NCBI GenBank assembly: GCA_902547925.1
Contig: CACCQD010000001.1
Location: forward strand, 26,557 to 90,556
Length of the DNA: 64,000 bases
Source of the DNA: an uncultured SAR116 cluster alpha proteobacterium
GTDB lineage: Bacteria; Pseudomonadota; Alphaproteobacteria; Puniceispirillales; Puniceispirillaceae
Direction of reading: 5' to 3'
Part shown: one piece after another, positions 9,953 through 19,338 of the stretch
How the letters are laid out: the number at the start of each line of letters is the position of its first letter
Numbering within the stretch: the first letter of the stretch is position 1
Notes under the pieces: model-generated
Told to the model about the DNA's origin: nothing
Databases searched by the model: none
What the model saw: the letters and a program-made list of their open reading frames with translations, nothing else
Translations under genes and position numbers: made by a program

Positions 9953-9962
9953 TGGTATACCA
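9953..9962. promoter_or_regulatory. Putative GntR/FadR-type operator, site 1 (TGGTATACCA, exact palindrome)
   Basis: Perfect 10-bp palindrome in non-coding DNA, 133 nt upstream of the aldehyde dehydrogenase ATG. Same motif recurs at 17513, 20583 and 24377. Confidence 0.6.
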
Positions 9963-10094
9963 TATCTCCCAATGGAAACGCCATTGACTGAACACGGGCT
10001 GTAGCTATCCATCGTCTTTGTTGGTAGATTCCGGAAATTCTCCCGGGGGTTCAGCCGGGTTTTAGTGGAATTTTTATTGGGGGACCAATTTTAA

Positions 10095-11519
10095 ATGGCA
10101 TACGCACATTACATTGCTGGAGAGTGGGTCACCGACGACGCCGTTTCCATCAATATCAATCCATCCAATACAGATGACATTGTCGGTGAGTTTTCGCGTG
10201 GTGACGCGGCCCGTGTTGACAAGGCCGTTGCCGCAGCGAACGCCGCACAGCCAGACTGGGCGGCCGCCAGCCCCCAACTGCGCCATGATGTGCTTGAAAA
10301 GGCCAGCAATCTGATTGCCAGCCGCAAGGATGAATTGGGCCGTCTGCTCTCTCGCGAGGAAGGCAAGACACTGGCCGAGGGAATTGGCGAGACAATGCGC
10401 GCTGCACAGGTCTTTAAATTTTTTGCCGGTGAAGCCATTCGCAACATTGGTGACGCTGTCGCCTCAATCCGTCCAGGTATTGATGTAACGGTGGAGCGCG
10501 AGGCTGTCGGCACAATCGGCCTGATTACCCCGTGGAATTTTCCGATTGCGATTCCAGCCTGGAAGCTGGCACCCGCATTGGCCTATGGCAATGCGTTAGT
10601 GATGAAACCAGCAGAGTTAACGCCGGGTTGCGCGTGGGAGCTTACGAAGATTCTTCAAGAGGCAGGCTGTCCGTCGGGTGTGTTTAATCTGGTGATGGGA
10701 CCGGGATCAACCGTTGGTGCGCGGATTGTCGAACATCCGGGCATTGATGCCATCAGCTTCACCGGTTCGGTCGCCACTGGCAACACTATCGCTGTGCAGT
10801 GCGCCTCTACCGGCAAACGCGTGCAGATGGAAATGGGCGGCAAAAACCCACTCGTTGTCGTCGATGATGCCGATCTTGATGTTGCTGTCGCAACAGCCGT
10901 CAATGGTGCGTTCTTCTCAACAGGTCAGCGTTGCACGGCCTCTTCCCGGCTGATTGTGACGGCTGGCATTCATGATGCCTTTCTGGAGAAACTGACAAGT
11001 GCCGCCGCCGATCTGATCGTCGGTGACGCGCTGGATGCGGCAACCCAGATCGGGCCCGTTGTCGATCAGAAACAGCTCGACCAGAATTTGCGCTATCTGA
11101 AACTTGCCAGTGATGAAGGCTGTGACGTTCGCGGTGGCGAGTTGGCAAACGGACCGGGCTTTTTTATGAAACCGGCAATCTTTGCCGGGGCAACAAATCA
11201 GATGACCGTCAGCCGTGAGGAAATTTTCGGTCCAATGGCCTCGGTTATCAAGGTGGCTGACTATGACGAAGCGCTGGCAGTGGCAAATGACACTGAGTTC
11301 GGCCTTTCAGCCGGCATCTGCACCACATCACTGAGATATGCCTCAGACTTTCGCAAAAAGGCACAGGCGGGAATGGTGATGGTCAATCTGCCGACCGCCG
11401 GGGTGGATTATCACGTTCCCTTTGGCGGACGAAAAGGGTCGAGCTATGGTCCACGTGAGCAGGGGAGCTATGCGCGGGAGTTCTACACTATCGTCAAGAC
11501 CAGCTACATAGCCCCCTGA
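10095..11519 (+). CDS. NAD(P)-dependent aldehyde dehydrogenase (2-oxoglutarate-semialdehyde / lactaldehyde dehydrogenase-like)
   Basis: 474 aa. Catalytic Glu context MEMGGKNP and catalytic Cys context FFSTGQRCTASSR. GGGGGA lies upstream of the ATG. Confidence 0.9.
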   Translation: MAYAHYIAGEWVTDDAVSININPSNTDDIVGEFSRGDAARVDKAVAAANAAQPDWAAASPQLRHDVLEKASNLIASRKDELGRLLSREEGKTLAEGIGETMRAAQVFKFFAGEAIRNIGDAVASIRPGIDVTVEREAVGTIGLITPWNFPIAIPAWKLAPALAYGNALVMKPAELTPGCAWELTKILQEAGCPSGVFNLVMGPGSTVGARIVEHPGIDAISFTGSVATGNTIAVQCASTGKRVQMEMGGKNPLVVVDDADLDVAVATAVNGAFFSTGQRCTASSRLIVTAGIHDAFLEKLTSAAADLIVGDALDAATQIGPVVDQKQLDQNLRYLKLASDEGCDVRGGELANGPGFFMKPAIFAGATNQMTVSREEIFGPMASVIKVADYDEALAVANDTEFGLSAGICTTSLRYASDFRKKAQAGMVMVNLPTAGVDYHVPFGGRKGSSYGPREQGSYAREFYTIVKTSYIAP

Positions 11520-11566
11520 CCAACTACCCAGTCCCTGATAAGACACGATCCTCGAGCGAGCGAGCA

Positions 11567-12484
11567 ATGACAGCAAAATCCTATTCCGGCATTTGGCCCG
11601 TGGCCCCGACTCCGTTTCACGACAATGGCGTGGTGGATGACGATGGCATGCGCAACGTTCTTGATTGCATGATTGATCAGGGCGTTGACGGCATTTGCAT
11701 TCTGGCAAATTTTTCCGAACAATTCCTGATCTCCGATGCCGAGCGCGATCATCTGATGAGGTTGTGCCTAGCGCATGTCGATGGCCGTGTTCCGGTGATT
11801 GTGACGATCAGCCATTTTGCCACACAGATTGCCGTGGAACGAGCGCGCCTTGCCAAGAAGTTGGGTGCGGCTATTGTCATGATGATGGCACCCTATCACG
11901 GTGCCTTACTGAAAGGCACCGCCGACCAGACATTTGAGCAGGTCAAAGCTGTTGGCGAGGTTGGCATTCCCATCATGATCCAGGATGCCCCGCTCTCAGG
12001 GGTCGAATTGCCGGTTCCCGTTCTGGTGCGTATGGCGACCGAGATTGAGATGGTCAAACTTTTCAAGATCGAGTCCGTTGGTGTTGCGGGCAAACTCCGT
12101 CAGTTGCTTGCTGCCGGTGGTAGTGCCATCGAAGGACCGTTCGATGGCGAGGAAGCAATCACCCTTCTTGCAGATCTGGATGCCGGGGCAACCGGATCGA
12201 TGACCTCGGCGCTAATCCCTGATCTGATTGGACAGGTAATCACGGCGCATGCCGCCAGCAACAGGCGAGAAGCCATTGCTGGTTACACACGAATTCTGCC
12301 AGTGATCAATCACGAGAACAGGCAATGCGGCTTCCGGGCGGCGAAGGCTGCCATGGTTGCGGGCAAAGTCATCAAATCCGATTTCTGTCGCCATCCGATC
12401 CCGCCGCTTCATCCAGAAACCAAGGCTGGTCTTCTCGAATTGCTAACCCCTCTTGACCCGATTGTATTAAATTGGGGACATTAA
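11567..12484 (+). CDS. Dihydrodipicolinate synthase / N-acetylneuraminate lyase (DHDPS/NAL) family protein, divergent
   Basis: 305 aa. Family-like N-terminus GIWPVAPTPFHDNGVVDDDGMRNVLDCMIDQGVDGI and probable Schiff-base Lys in VKLFKIES. The usual GTTGE and Y-N-xP motifs are replaced (ANFSEQ, IQDAP). Confidence 0.75.
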   Translation: MTAKSYSGIWPVAPTPFHDNGVVDDDGMRNVLDCMIDQGVDGICILANFSEQFLISDAERDHLMRLCLAHVDGRVPVIVTISHFATQIAVERARLAKKLGAAIVMMMAPYHGALLKGTADQTFEQVKAVGEVGIPIMIQDAPLSGVELPVPVLVRMATEIEMVKLFKIESVGVAGKLRQLLAAGGSAIEGPFDGEEAITLLADLDAGATGSMTSALIPDLIGQVITAHAASNRREAIAGYTRILPVINHENRQCGFRAAKAAMVAGKVIKSDFCRHPIPPLHPETKAGLLELLTPLDPIVLNWGH

Positions 12485-12487
12485 TGG

Positions 12488-13186
12488 ATGGCTAAGCAGA
12501 ACATCCTTTCAGCATTGATGAATGATGGCCCCATCATCGCCAACGAGCATAGATCGCTCAGTGCCGAGACGGCAGAAAAGCTGCGCGAGTTGATCCTGCT
12601 TGAAAAGCTCCCACCGGGCATGCATATCCCTGAGCGTGATCTGGCCGAAGCGCTCGGCATAAGCCGGACCCCAATGCGCGAGGCATTGCGAACCCTAGCA
12701 ATTGAAGGGCTGGTCGAATTCACCGCAACACGGCGTTCACGCGTGGCCAATCCCTCCATCGACGAGCTTCGTGAAAGTATGACAGTCCTTGCAACATTGG
12801 AAGCACTTGGCGGCGAGCTTGCCTGTGCGATCGCCACGGACAGAGAAATCACAGCGATCGCTGACCTCAATCAGAAAATGATTGAGTGCACCGATAAATT
12901 CTCAGCGATCAATTTCTTTAACACCGATATGGCGTTTCACAGCAGCATCATTACCTCCACCCATAATCAGGCGCTGATCGACACACACCGGCAATATAAT
13001 GCAAAGCTATGGCGGGCGCGCTTCATGTCATCGAAGCGCAAACAGGGGCGTGCCAAAACCTTGCAACAGCATCAGGATATCACCAATGCGTTGGTTTCCC
13101 GGAATGCGTCCAAGATGGCGCAAGTCATGCGCAGTCATATCGAGACGGCGATTGACAATCTTAGCATCCAGCAAAACGAAACATAG
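12488..13186 (+). CDS. GntR-family transcriptional regulator, FCD (FadR-like) C-terminal domain
   Basis: 232 aa. Winged-HTH block LPPGMHIPERDLAEALGISRTPMREALRTLAIEGLVE followed by a helical C-terminal domain of about 140 aa. Starts 4 nt after the DHDPS-like stop. Confidence 0.88.
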   Translation: MAKQNILSALMNDGPIIANEHRSLSAETAEKLRELILLEKLPPGMHIPERDLAEALGISRTPMREALRTLAIEGLVEFTATRRSRVANPSIDELRESMTVLATLEALGGELACAIATDREITAIADLNQKMIECTDKFSAINFFNTDMAFHSSIITSTHNQALIDTHRQYNAKLWRARFMSSKRKQGRAKTLQQHQDITNALVSRNASKMAQVMRSHIETAIDNLSIQQNET

Positions 13187-13228
13187 TTAAGTGCGCCAAA
13201 AAAAAGTTACAACAAGTAGGAGTTTGGC

Positions 13229-14236
13229 ATGAAACCACGCATTGGCATTATTCCGGGAGAACCGGGCGGCATCGGCCCGGAGCTGATTGCAAAATTGCTG
13301 AATGATACCGAGACATGCGCGAAGGCAGATATTCTGTTGATCGGCGATCAGCATTTGTTTGAACAGGGTCAGACGCAGGCCGGCATGGATTTTGCCATGA
13401 CCCGTTGTGATGGCTGGAAAGATGAGTGGACAACGCTGCCAGGCTTTGCGTTGCATCCAATGGATACGATCAACCCGGACGATGTCACCATGTCCGAGGT
13501 CACATATGCCGGTGGTCACTCAGCACTGTCCAATCTGAATTGCGCTTTGGAAATGGCTCGCGATGGCATCATTGACGCGATCATGTTTGGCCCTTTCAAC
13601 AAGGTGGGTTTGATCGAGGCCGGGCTTGGTCACGAGGACGAACTGCATTACATGGCTGAGTTTCTGGGTGTCGAGAGCTATATCTCTGAATTGAATACTC
13701 TGAACGGCATCTGGACGAGCCGCGTTTCCAGCCATATTCCGCTAAAGGATGTTCATTCTTTCATCAACGAGCATCGTATTTCAGAGGCGGTGGATCTGCT
13801 CGACAAAACATTGCGGCGCTCTGGTGTCGAACGTCCACGCCTATCAGTTGCAGCGCTCAATCCTCATGCCGGTGACAATGGAAATTTTGGCATGGAGGAG
13901 ATCGAGGTGATCATCCCGGCCGTCAAAAAGTTGCAGCACAAGCAGGTCAATGTCGACGGCCCGTGGCCATCAGACACTGTTTTTCTAAAGGCTAAGGCTG
14001 GCGAGGTTGACGGCATAATCACCATGTATCACGACCAGGGCCAGATTGCGCTGAAACTGATGGGATTTGATCGCGGTGTAACGGTTCAGGGGGGCATTCC
14101 CTTCCCGGTGACAACACCGGCGCATGGCACCGCCTTTGACATCGCCGGCAGTGGTACCGCCGATGTCGGGGCCACACGCGAAGCCTTTTTGATTGCCTGT
14201 GACATGGTCAGCCATTGGGAAAAAGCAGCACAGTAG
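13229..14236 (+). CDS. PdxA-family NAD-dependent dehydrogenase (4-hydroxythreonine-4-phosphate dehydrogenase-like paralog)
   Basis: 335 aa. Family motifs GEPGGIGPE, NPHAGDNG, MYHDQG and TTPAHGTAFDIAG. AGGAG lies upstream of the ATG. Confidence 0.85.
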   Translation: MKPRIGIIPGEPGGIGPELIAKLLNDTETCAKADILLIGDQHLFEQGQTQAGMDFAMTRCDGWKDEWTTLPGFALHPMDTINPDDVTMSEVTYAGGHSALSNLNCALEMARDGIIDAIMFGPFNKVGLIEAGLGHEDELHYMAEFLGVESYISELNTLNGIWTSRVSSHIPLKDVHSFINEHRISEAVDLLDKTLRRSGVERPRLSVAALNPHAGDNGNFGMEEIEVIIPAVKKLQHKQVNVDGPWPSDTVFLKAKAGEVDGIITMYHDQGQIALKLMGFDRGVTVQGGIPFPVTTPAHGTAFDIAGSGTADVGATREAFLIACDMVSHWEKAAQ

Positions 14237-14352
14237 ACCCGGCATTCAGGACTGCCAGCAGACGCCAGCCGACAGAAATAGGCAATGAAACTGACCTATG
14301 AAACTTGGCAATAAAAGCGGCAAATAAAGCCGCCCAATAAGCCATGAGTTTA

Positions 14353-15837
14353 TCAGGAGTTCTTCTGCTTTGTGATCATTTTCACAATCTGTGAGCCGAA
14401 CAAGCCAAGGAATGACAGCACGAGGAACAACAACGCCAATGGTTGCGCCGCAATCAGCCACCAGGCTCCATCAAACATCTTCAGTGAATTCTGCAGATTG
14501 ACTTCGACCATATGGCCAAGGATCAGACCAACAGCGATCGGTGCAACCGAGAATCCATGGCGACGGGCAAAGAAGCCAACAACCCCAAAAATCAAGGCAA
14601 TCCAAACATCGAGCAATGACGCGCTGAGCGAATAGGCACCAATCACCGACAAGGCAAAGACAATGGGCCACAGTATCGAGGTTGGCACCATGGAGATGCG
14701 TGCAAACAACTTGGCCGCATAGAGGCCCATCGCCAGAAAGATGATGTTGGCGACCAGCATTGCTCCAAAAATCTGGTAAACCGTATCAACCTGCTCGGTA
14801 AACAGATATGGTCCCGGGCGCAGTCCATGTACCATCAACCCGACAAGAATGATCGCAGTTGTGCCGCTCCCCGGGATACCAAGGACCATTGTTGGTACCA
14901 TCGCCCCACCCGTTGCCGCATTGTTGGCAGCCTCTGCACCGGCGATCCCCTCGACCGCGCCCTTACCAAATTCTTCCTTGTTCTTTGACCAGCGCCGGGC
15001 TTCAGAATAGCCAATCATCGAAGCGACAGTCGCACCCTCTGCCGGCAGAATGCCGATGAAGGTGCCAATGCCCGACGACCGCGCAATGGTTCGCCATATC
15101 CGTTTATAGTCCTCTTTTGAAGGGAGCTTGACTGCCTTGAGGCTGATCACCTCGGCCACGAGATGTGCCTTTTTCGACTGCACAAGCAGTTCCGAAATGG
15201 CAAACAGGCCTATCATCACCGGGACAAAGGAGAGGCCCTCATACAATTCGTAATTACCGAACATGAAGCGCTCAATCGAGGTCACGCGCTCTGCCCCGAT
15301 TGTTGCCAACCAGACGCCAAAGATGCCGCCAATCAGATTGCGCACAGCACCCCCTGCTCCCACGCTGGCAAGCATCGACAAGCCAAAGATCGTGAGGGCG
15401 AAATATTCTGGTGGTCTGAATTCATAGGCAACACGGGCCAGCATAGGCGCGGCAAAACACAGCACAATAATCGAGAAAATGCCGCCAATCGTGCTGGCAA
15501 CAACGGCAATGCCGAGCGCCCTTCCAGCCTCACCACGTTGGGCGAGGGGAAAGCCGTCAAAGGTGGTCGCCGCAGCCGCCGAGGTGCCAGGCGTATTGAT
15601 AAGGATTGCCGTGATCGACCCGGCAAAGGTTGCCGACACATAGAGCGTCGCCAAAACGGCAATGGCATGTACAGGCGACATCGTCAGAGTAAATGGCAAC
15701 AGCAGCGCTGCGCCGGTTGTGGCGCCAAGCCCGGGCAATACGCCAATCACGATGCCACCAATAGTGGTGACAAAGATCAGCATCAGCAGATAAGGGTCCA
15801 ACATAACCGAACCAATGGCCGCGAGTGCCTCATACAT
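14353..15837 (-). CDS. tctA: Tripartite tricarboxylate transporter large permease (TctA family)
   Basis: 494 aa polytopic membrane protein downstream of the tctB-like and tctC-like genes. Confidence 0.9.
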   Translation of the reverse strand: MYEALAAIGSVMLDPYLLMLIFVTTIGGIVIGVLPGLGATTGAALLLPFTLTMSPVHAIAVLATLYVSATFAGSITAILINTPGTSAAAATTFDGFPLAQRGEAGRALGIAVVASTIGGIFSIIVLCFAAPMLARVAYEFRPPEYFALTIFGLSMLASVGAGGAVRNLIGGIFGVWLATIGAERVTSIERFMFGNYELYEGLSFVPVMIGLFAISELLVQSKKAHLVAEVISLKAVKLPSKEDYKRIWRTIARSSGIGTFIGILPAEGATVASMIGYSEARRWSKNKEEFGKGAVEGIAGAEAANNAATGGAMVPTMVLGIPGSGTTAIILVGLMVHGLRPGPYLFTEQVDTVYQIFGAMLVANIIFLAMGLYAAKLFARISMVPTSILWPIVFALSVIGAYSLSASLLDVWIALIFGVVGFFARRHGFSVAPIAVGLILGHMVEVNLQNSLKMFDGAWWLIAAQPLALLFLVLSFLGLFGSQIVKMITKQKNS

Positions 15838-15849
15838 TGCGTATTTCCC

Positions 15850-16305
15850 CTAACCGTAATACCAGTTTGTGATCAGCCCACGCGGGAACCTGATCTTCAG
15901 CACTTCGTCAAAAATCAAAAACAAGGTCAGCGGCACGGTCAGCGCGACAAGTCCGGCAACAAGCAGCCGGCGCTCCCCCCATGACACGCTTAGCAAAAAC
16001 ACAACGGCGGCAATCGCAATGAAAAAATCCGCATAGGTGGTCAGCATATAGAACAGGGCGAACAGACCAATGCTGATCCAGGTGGTAGGGCCTTCCATCT
16101 TTACCGGTTCAGGCGGATTTTTCAGATTCTGCCAGATCATGATGCCAACCAACAACAGATTGATCACCATCAGGAAAATGGGAAAGGATCGCGGCTGCAT
16201 ACTGGCCCCGACAATCAATGGCGGCGACGTTCTGAGCTGAAGAGCGAGGTAAATGATCACCACCGAGAACAGGGCAATGATACCTGGAATAACTAACGAT
16301 CGCAT
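15850..16305 (-). CDS. tctB: Tripartite tricarboxylate transporter small subunit (TctB family)
   Basis: 151 aa with about 4 TM segments, located between tctC and tctA. Confidence 0.8.
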   Translation of the reverse strand: MRSLVIPGIIALFSVVIIYLALQLRTSPPLIVGASMQPRSFPIFLMVINLLLVGIMIWQNLKNPPEPVKMEGPTTWISIGLFALFYMLTTYADFFIAIAAVVFLLSVSWGERRLLVAGLVALTVPLTLFLIFDEVLKIRFPRGLITNWYYG

Positions 16306-16378
16306 GGTGATTGGCCCCTGTTACAAAATCGGTGAGCAGCATAAAAACACTGCCCACCAAAAAGTTTGGACAGAAGTC

Positions 16379-17353
16379 CTATTCAATCAGACCCATTTCC
16401 TTGAGGGCTGGACCAAATTCGCCGACCATCATCTTGATCTGCTCACCCCAAGCGCCAGATTCCATCGGCGAGGTGTTATCAAGGCCAGAATTCATCAGAT
16501 AGGCCTGATAGAGTGAGTGACCCATAGCCTTCATCATCGCTGCTTCCATCTCAGCGCGGCGCTCTTCAGAGACACCAGCATGAGTGACAAAACCGCGGGT
16601 TGTTGACAGAACCAGATCGATGCCCATTTCCTTGGCGGTCTTTGCAGCTGGGATCGGGTCCATGCGGTTCTCACCAAGAATAACCAGTGGACACAGATCG
16701 CCTGCCTCGATTGGGGCTGATGCCTCAGACAGGTTCAGTGTGCCAACATCGACAGCACCAGCGACAACCTGTGTTGCCAGCTCGCCGCCACCACCAAATG
16801 GAATGTAAGTCGGCATCGGCTGACCCATGCGCTTGGCCCACAGATAAACAGTCAAATGGTCAATTGTACCTGATGATGTGCCACCGAATTTCATGGCATC
16901 GCCATTCTTCATGCCAGCAACAAACTCCTCGGGGGTCTTGTAGGGGCTGGTCTTACAGTTGACCATTAGGATCTGCGGGTCATTGGTGCCACGAGCGATT
17001 GGTGCCATTTCCTCAACTTTCAGATCGGTCATGCCTTTAGCCATGGCAATGGCGTGACCAACGGTGAAGGTCAGGATTGTATTGCCATCAGCTGGGCGGC
17101 TGTGAAAATACTGCATCGCCGCAGCACCGCCGCCGCCACGTTTGTTGACGACAACCATATCTTGCTTGAGATGCCGACGTGTCCGGATCATCATCATTCT
17201 TGAGTTGACGTCGGTACCACCACCGGCACCAGCGTGGGTGACAACCTCGATAGTACCCTCAGCTGCAACTGCGGGCGCTGTTGTTATGGCCATAACACCG
17301 GCCATTGATGCGATACCGACACCGGCCGCAAGAATCTGCTTTGTATTGAACAT
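16379..17353 (-). CDS. tctC: Tripartite tricarboxylate transporter substrate-binding protein (TctC / Bug family)
   Basis: 324 aa. Signal-peptide-like N-terminus MFNTKQILAAGVGIASMAGVMAITTAPAVAA. Bug-family-like blocks VVNKRGGGGAAA and FGGGGE. Confidence 0.88.
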   Translation of the reverse strand: MFNTKQILAAGVGIASMAGVMAITTAPAVAAEGTIEVVTHAGAGGGTDVNSRMMMIRTRRHLKQDMVVVNKRGGGGAAAMQYFHSRPADGNTILTFTVGHAIAMAKGMTDLKVEEMAPIARGTNDPQILMVNCKTSPYKTPEEFVAGMKNGDAMKFGGTSSGTIDHLTVYLWAKRMGQPMPTYIPFGGGGELATQVVAGAVDVGTLNLSEASAPIEAGDLCPLVILGENRMDPIPAAKTAKEMGIDLVLSTTRGFVTHAGVSEERRAEMEAAMMKAMGHSLYQAYLMNSGLDNTSPMESGAWGEQIKMMVGEFGPALKEMGLIE

Positions 17354-17512
17354 TTGGTTCCTCCCAGAACTTAAAAATCAGAATGTTTTACTCACTCAGT
17401 TTGACCAGTGTTATCCGGCCGTTTATTTGTTGTTGCCCCGGCCAATACCGACACGGCATTCACCCGAACCTTCGCTGCAAAACGGCATCATACATGTACC
17501 GCTACATTATTA

Positions 17513-17522
17513 TGGTATACCA
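17513..17522. promoter_or_regulatory. Putative GntR/FadR-type operator, site 2 (TGGTATACCA, exact palindrome)
   Basis: Perfect palindrome in the 285-nt non-coding gap, 160 nt upstream of the tctC start. Confidence 0.6.
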
Positions 17523-17638
17523 AAATTTCTGGCGAAACAACGCTCAATTACGCAAAAGGAACATTGTCTGAAATGTGTCTGTACTGTCGTTTAACTTATT
17601 GATTTATATGCCTACAAAGTTAAACACCATCAAGCGGA

Positions 17639-18484
17639 TCAATCGACAACAAGACCTGCCTCACTGGCGCGTGCCACCAGATAATCCCGCCCCGTCAGCA
17701 TATCCTCGATACTGGCAAAGCCATTCATATAATGTCCCTGGTAACCCAAACCTTCGATCTTGGCGAACATCGCGCCAAAATCGATTGTGCCCTCACCGGG
17801 TATCTGATGGATCTCGTAGGAGCCATTATTGTCGGCAAGCCGTACCTCATGGCACAGGGAAAAATCCATTGAATCGATAAAGCTATCAATGCCAACACCC
17901 GGCAGAAAATGCGCGTGGTTGGCCGTAAAAGACCATCGCAATGCCGGGCTTTCGATCTGACGGAAGAAATATATGCATTCTGCCGGTGTCACCGGCATGT
18001 AATTGACTTCAGCCAGCACCGGCTCCCAGTTCAGATTTTCGAGGAGCAGAAGCACATTCTTGCTTTCAGCGTAATCCGCAATGCGCCGCAACCTGTCGAT
18101 TGACGCCTGCATGCGCAACTCACGGCAGGCGGTAAAATGATAGCCTCCATGGACGACGATCCACCCGGCACCAACCTTGCCAGCAAGATCTATGTAGGCA
18201 CGCATATATTGATCAACAGCATCCCGGCAGAATGGCGAAATTTCGGCAACATTCACACCGGACAGGGTGTGCAATCCCAGTTTGACGCCATGGGTATCGG
18301 TCAGGCTACGAACCTGCAGACAGCGTTCATCATCGAAGGACTCAAGCTGGTTTGGCGCTATGTCGGTCTGCGCATCAATGAAATGCACATCATTGGCCGC
18401 AGCCCAGACAATTCCTTCCTCGACCGGAACACGCCGTCCAAGATCAATACCTATTCGCTGTTTCAGATTGAGCTGTGCCATCAT
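17639..18484 (-). CDS. Xylose-isomerase-like TIM-barrel enzyme (sugar phosphate isomerase/epimerase family), copy B
   Basis: 281 aa. Blocks RIGIDLGR, GLHTLSGVNVAEISPF, WIVVHGGYHF, LLLENLNWEP and GYQGHYMNGF are collinear with copy A at 2589..3395. Confidence 0.85.
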   Translation of the reverse strand: MMAQLNLKQRIGIDLGRRVPVEEGIVWAAANDVHFIDAQTDIAPNQLESFDDERCLQVRSLTDTHGVKLGLHTLSGVNVAEISPFCRDAVDQYMRAYIDLAGKVGAGWIVVHGGYHFTACRELRMQASIDRLRRIADYAESKNVLLLLENLNWEPVLAEVNYMPVTPAECIYFFRQIESPALRWSFTANHAHFLPGVGIDSFIDSMDFSLCHEVRLADNNGSYEIHQIPGEGTIDFGAMFAKIEGLGYQGHYMNGFASIEDMLTGRDYLVARASEAGLVVD

Positions 18485-18525
18485 TCCTCCTTGTGCCCAA
18501 AATCCACCTTTAACCTCAAAGGCGT

Positions 18526-19338
18526 CTAGCGACCCTTAAAGGCGGGCTTTCGCTTTTCCATGAAGGCGCGTCGGCCCTCAACATAGTCCTCACTCTCAAA
18601 ACAGCCTGTCACCATAGTCTCGATACGGGCCAGATCACGATTGCTGTCAGGTTTATGCAACTCATGGGTTATAGCCTTGATCGATGCCATGGTGAGCGGG
18701 GCGTTCTCGGCAATGCGCGTGGCATAATCGGCAACATAGGCGGACAGCATGTGCCCCGGCATGATCCGATTCACCAAGCCCATTTCACGCGCTTCATCGG
18801 CGGTAAACTGACGTGCCGTAAAAAATATCTCTTTGACCATGGACGGACCGACCAGATCAGCAAGCCGTTTAACCCCCTCAAATCCATAGCCAACACCTAG
18901 CTTGGCGGCTGGCACGGCAAATCGGCTTCGGTCCTCGCAGATGCGCAGATCACAGGCAACTGCCAATCCCATACCCCCGCCAATACAATAGCCTTGGATC
19001 ATTGCAATGGTCGGCTTGGGAAAGCCAAAAACAGCATCGTAGAATGTCTTTGTGGCGGTGCTGTATGTGGCAACATCGTCGCTGCTTGACCGTTCCTTTT
19101 CGAATTTGGAGATATCGGCACCAGAGGCAAAGGCCTTGCCGCCTGCCCCCTGAATGACCAGCAACCGCGCCGACGGATCGGCTGCCATCGCAGCCACCCG
19201 GGCGGCACCAGCCTCATACATTGCCAGCGAAATGGCATTATGTCGTTCTGGATTGTTGATCACCAGATAGCCAATATTGGCCACCACACCAGCTAGAATT
19301 TTGCCGTCGGCGATTGCGTCAAGGTCGGAAAATTTCAT
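18526..19338 (-). CDS. Enoyl-CoA hydratase/isomerase (crotonase) family protein, copy B
   Basis: 270 aa. Motifs FASGADISKF, QGYCIGGGMGLAVACD and SEDYVEGRRAFMEKRKPAF. 4-nt overlap with the CoA-transferase gene. Confidence 0.88.
   Translation of the reverse strand: MKFSDLDAIADGKILAGVVANIGYLVINNPERHNAISLAMYEAGAARVAAMAADPSARLLVIQGAGGKAFASGADISKFEKERSSSDDVATYSTATKTFYDAVFGFPKPTIAMIQGYCIGGGMGLAVACDLRICEDRSRFAVPAAKLGVGYGFEGVKRLADLVGPSMVKEIFFTARQFTADEAREMGLVNRIMPGHMLSAYVADYATRIAENAPLTMASIKAITHELHKPDSNRDLARIETMVTGCFESEDYVEGRRAFMEKRKPAFKGR

Noticed and set aside
15163-15984. A 273-aa plus-strand ORF.
   Set aside because: It is antisense to tctA/tctB. Its Arg/Gly/Gln-rich composition is typical of a shadow frame of a GC-rich membrane-protein gene.
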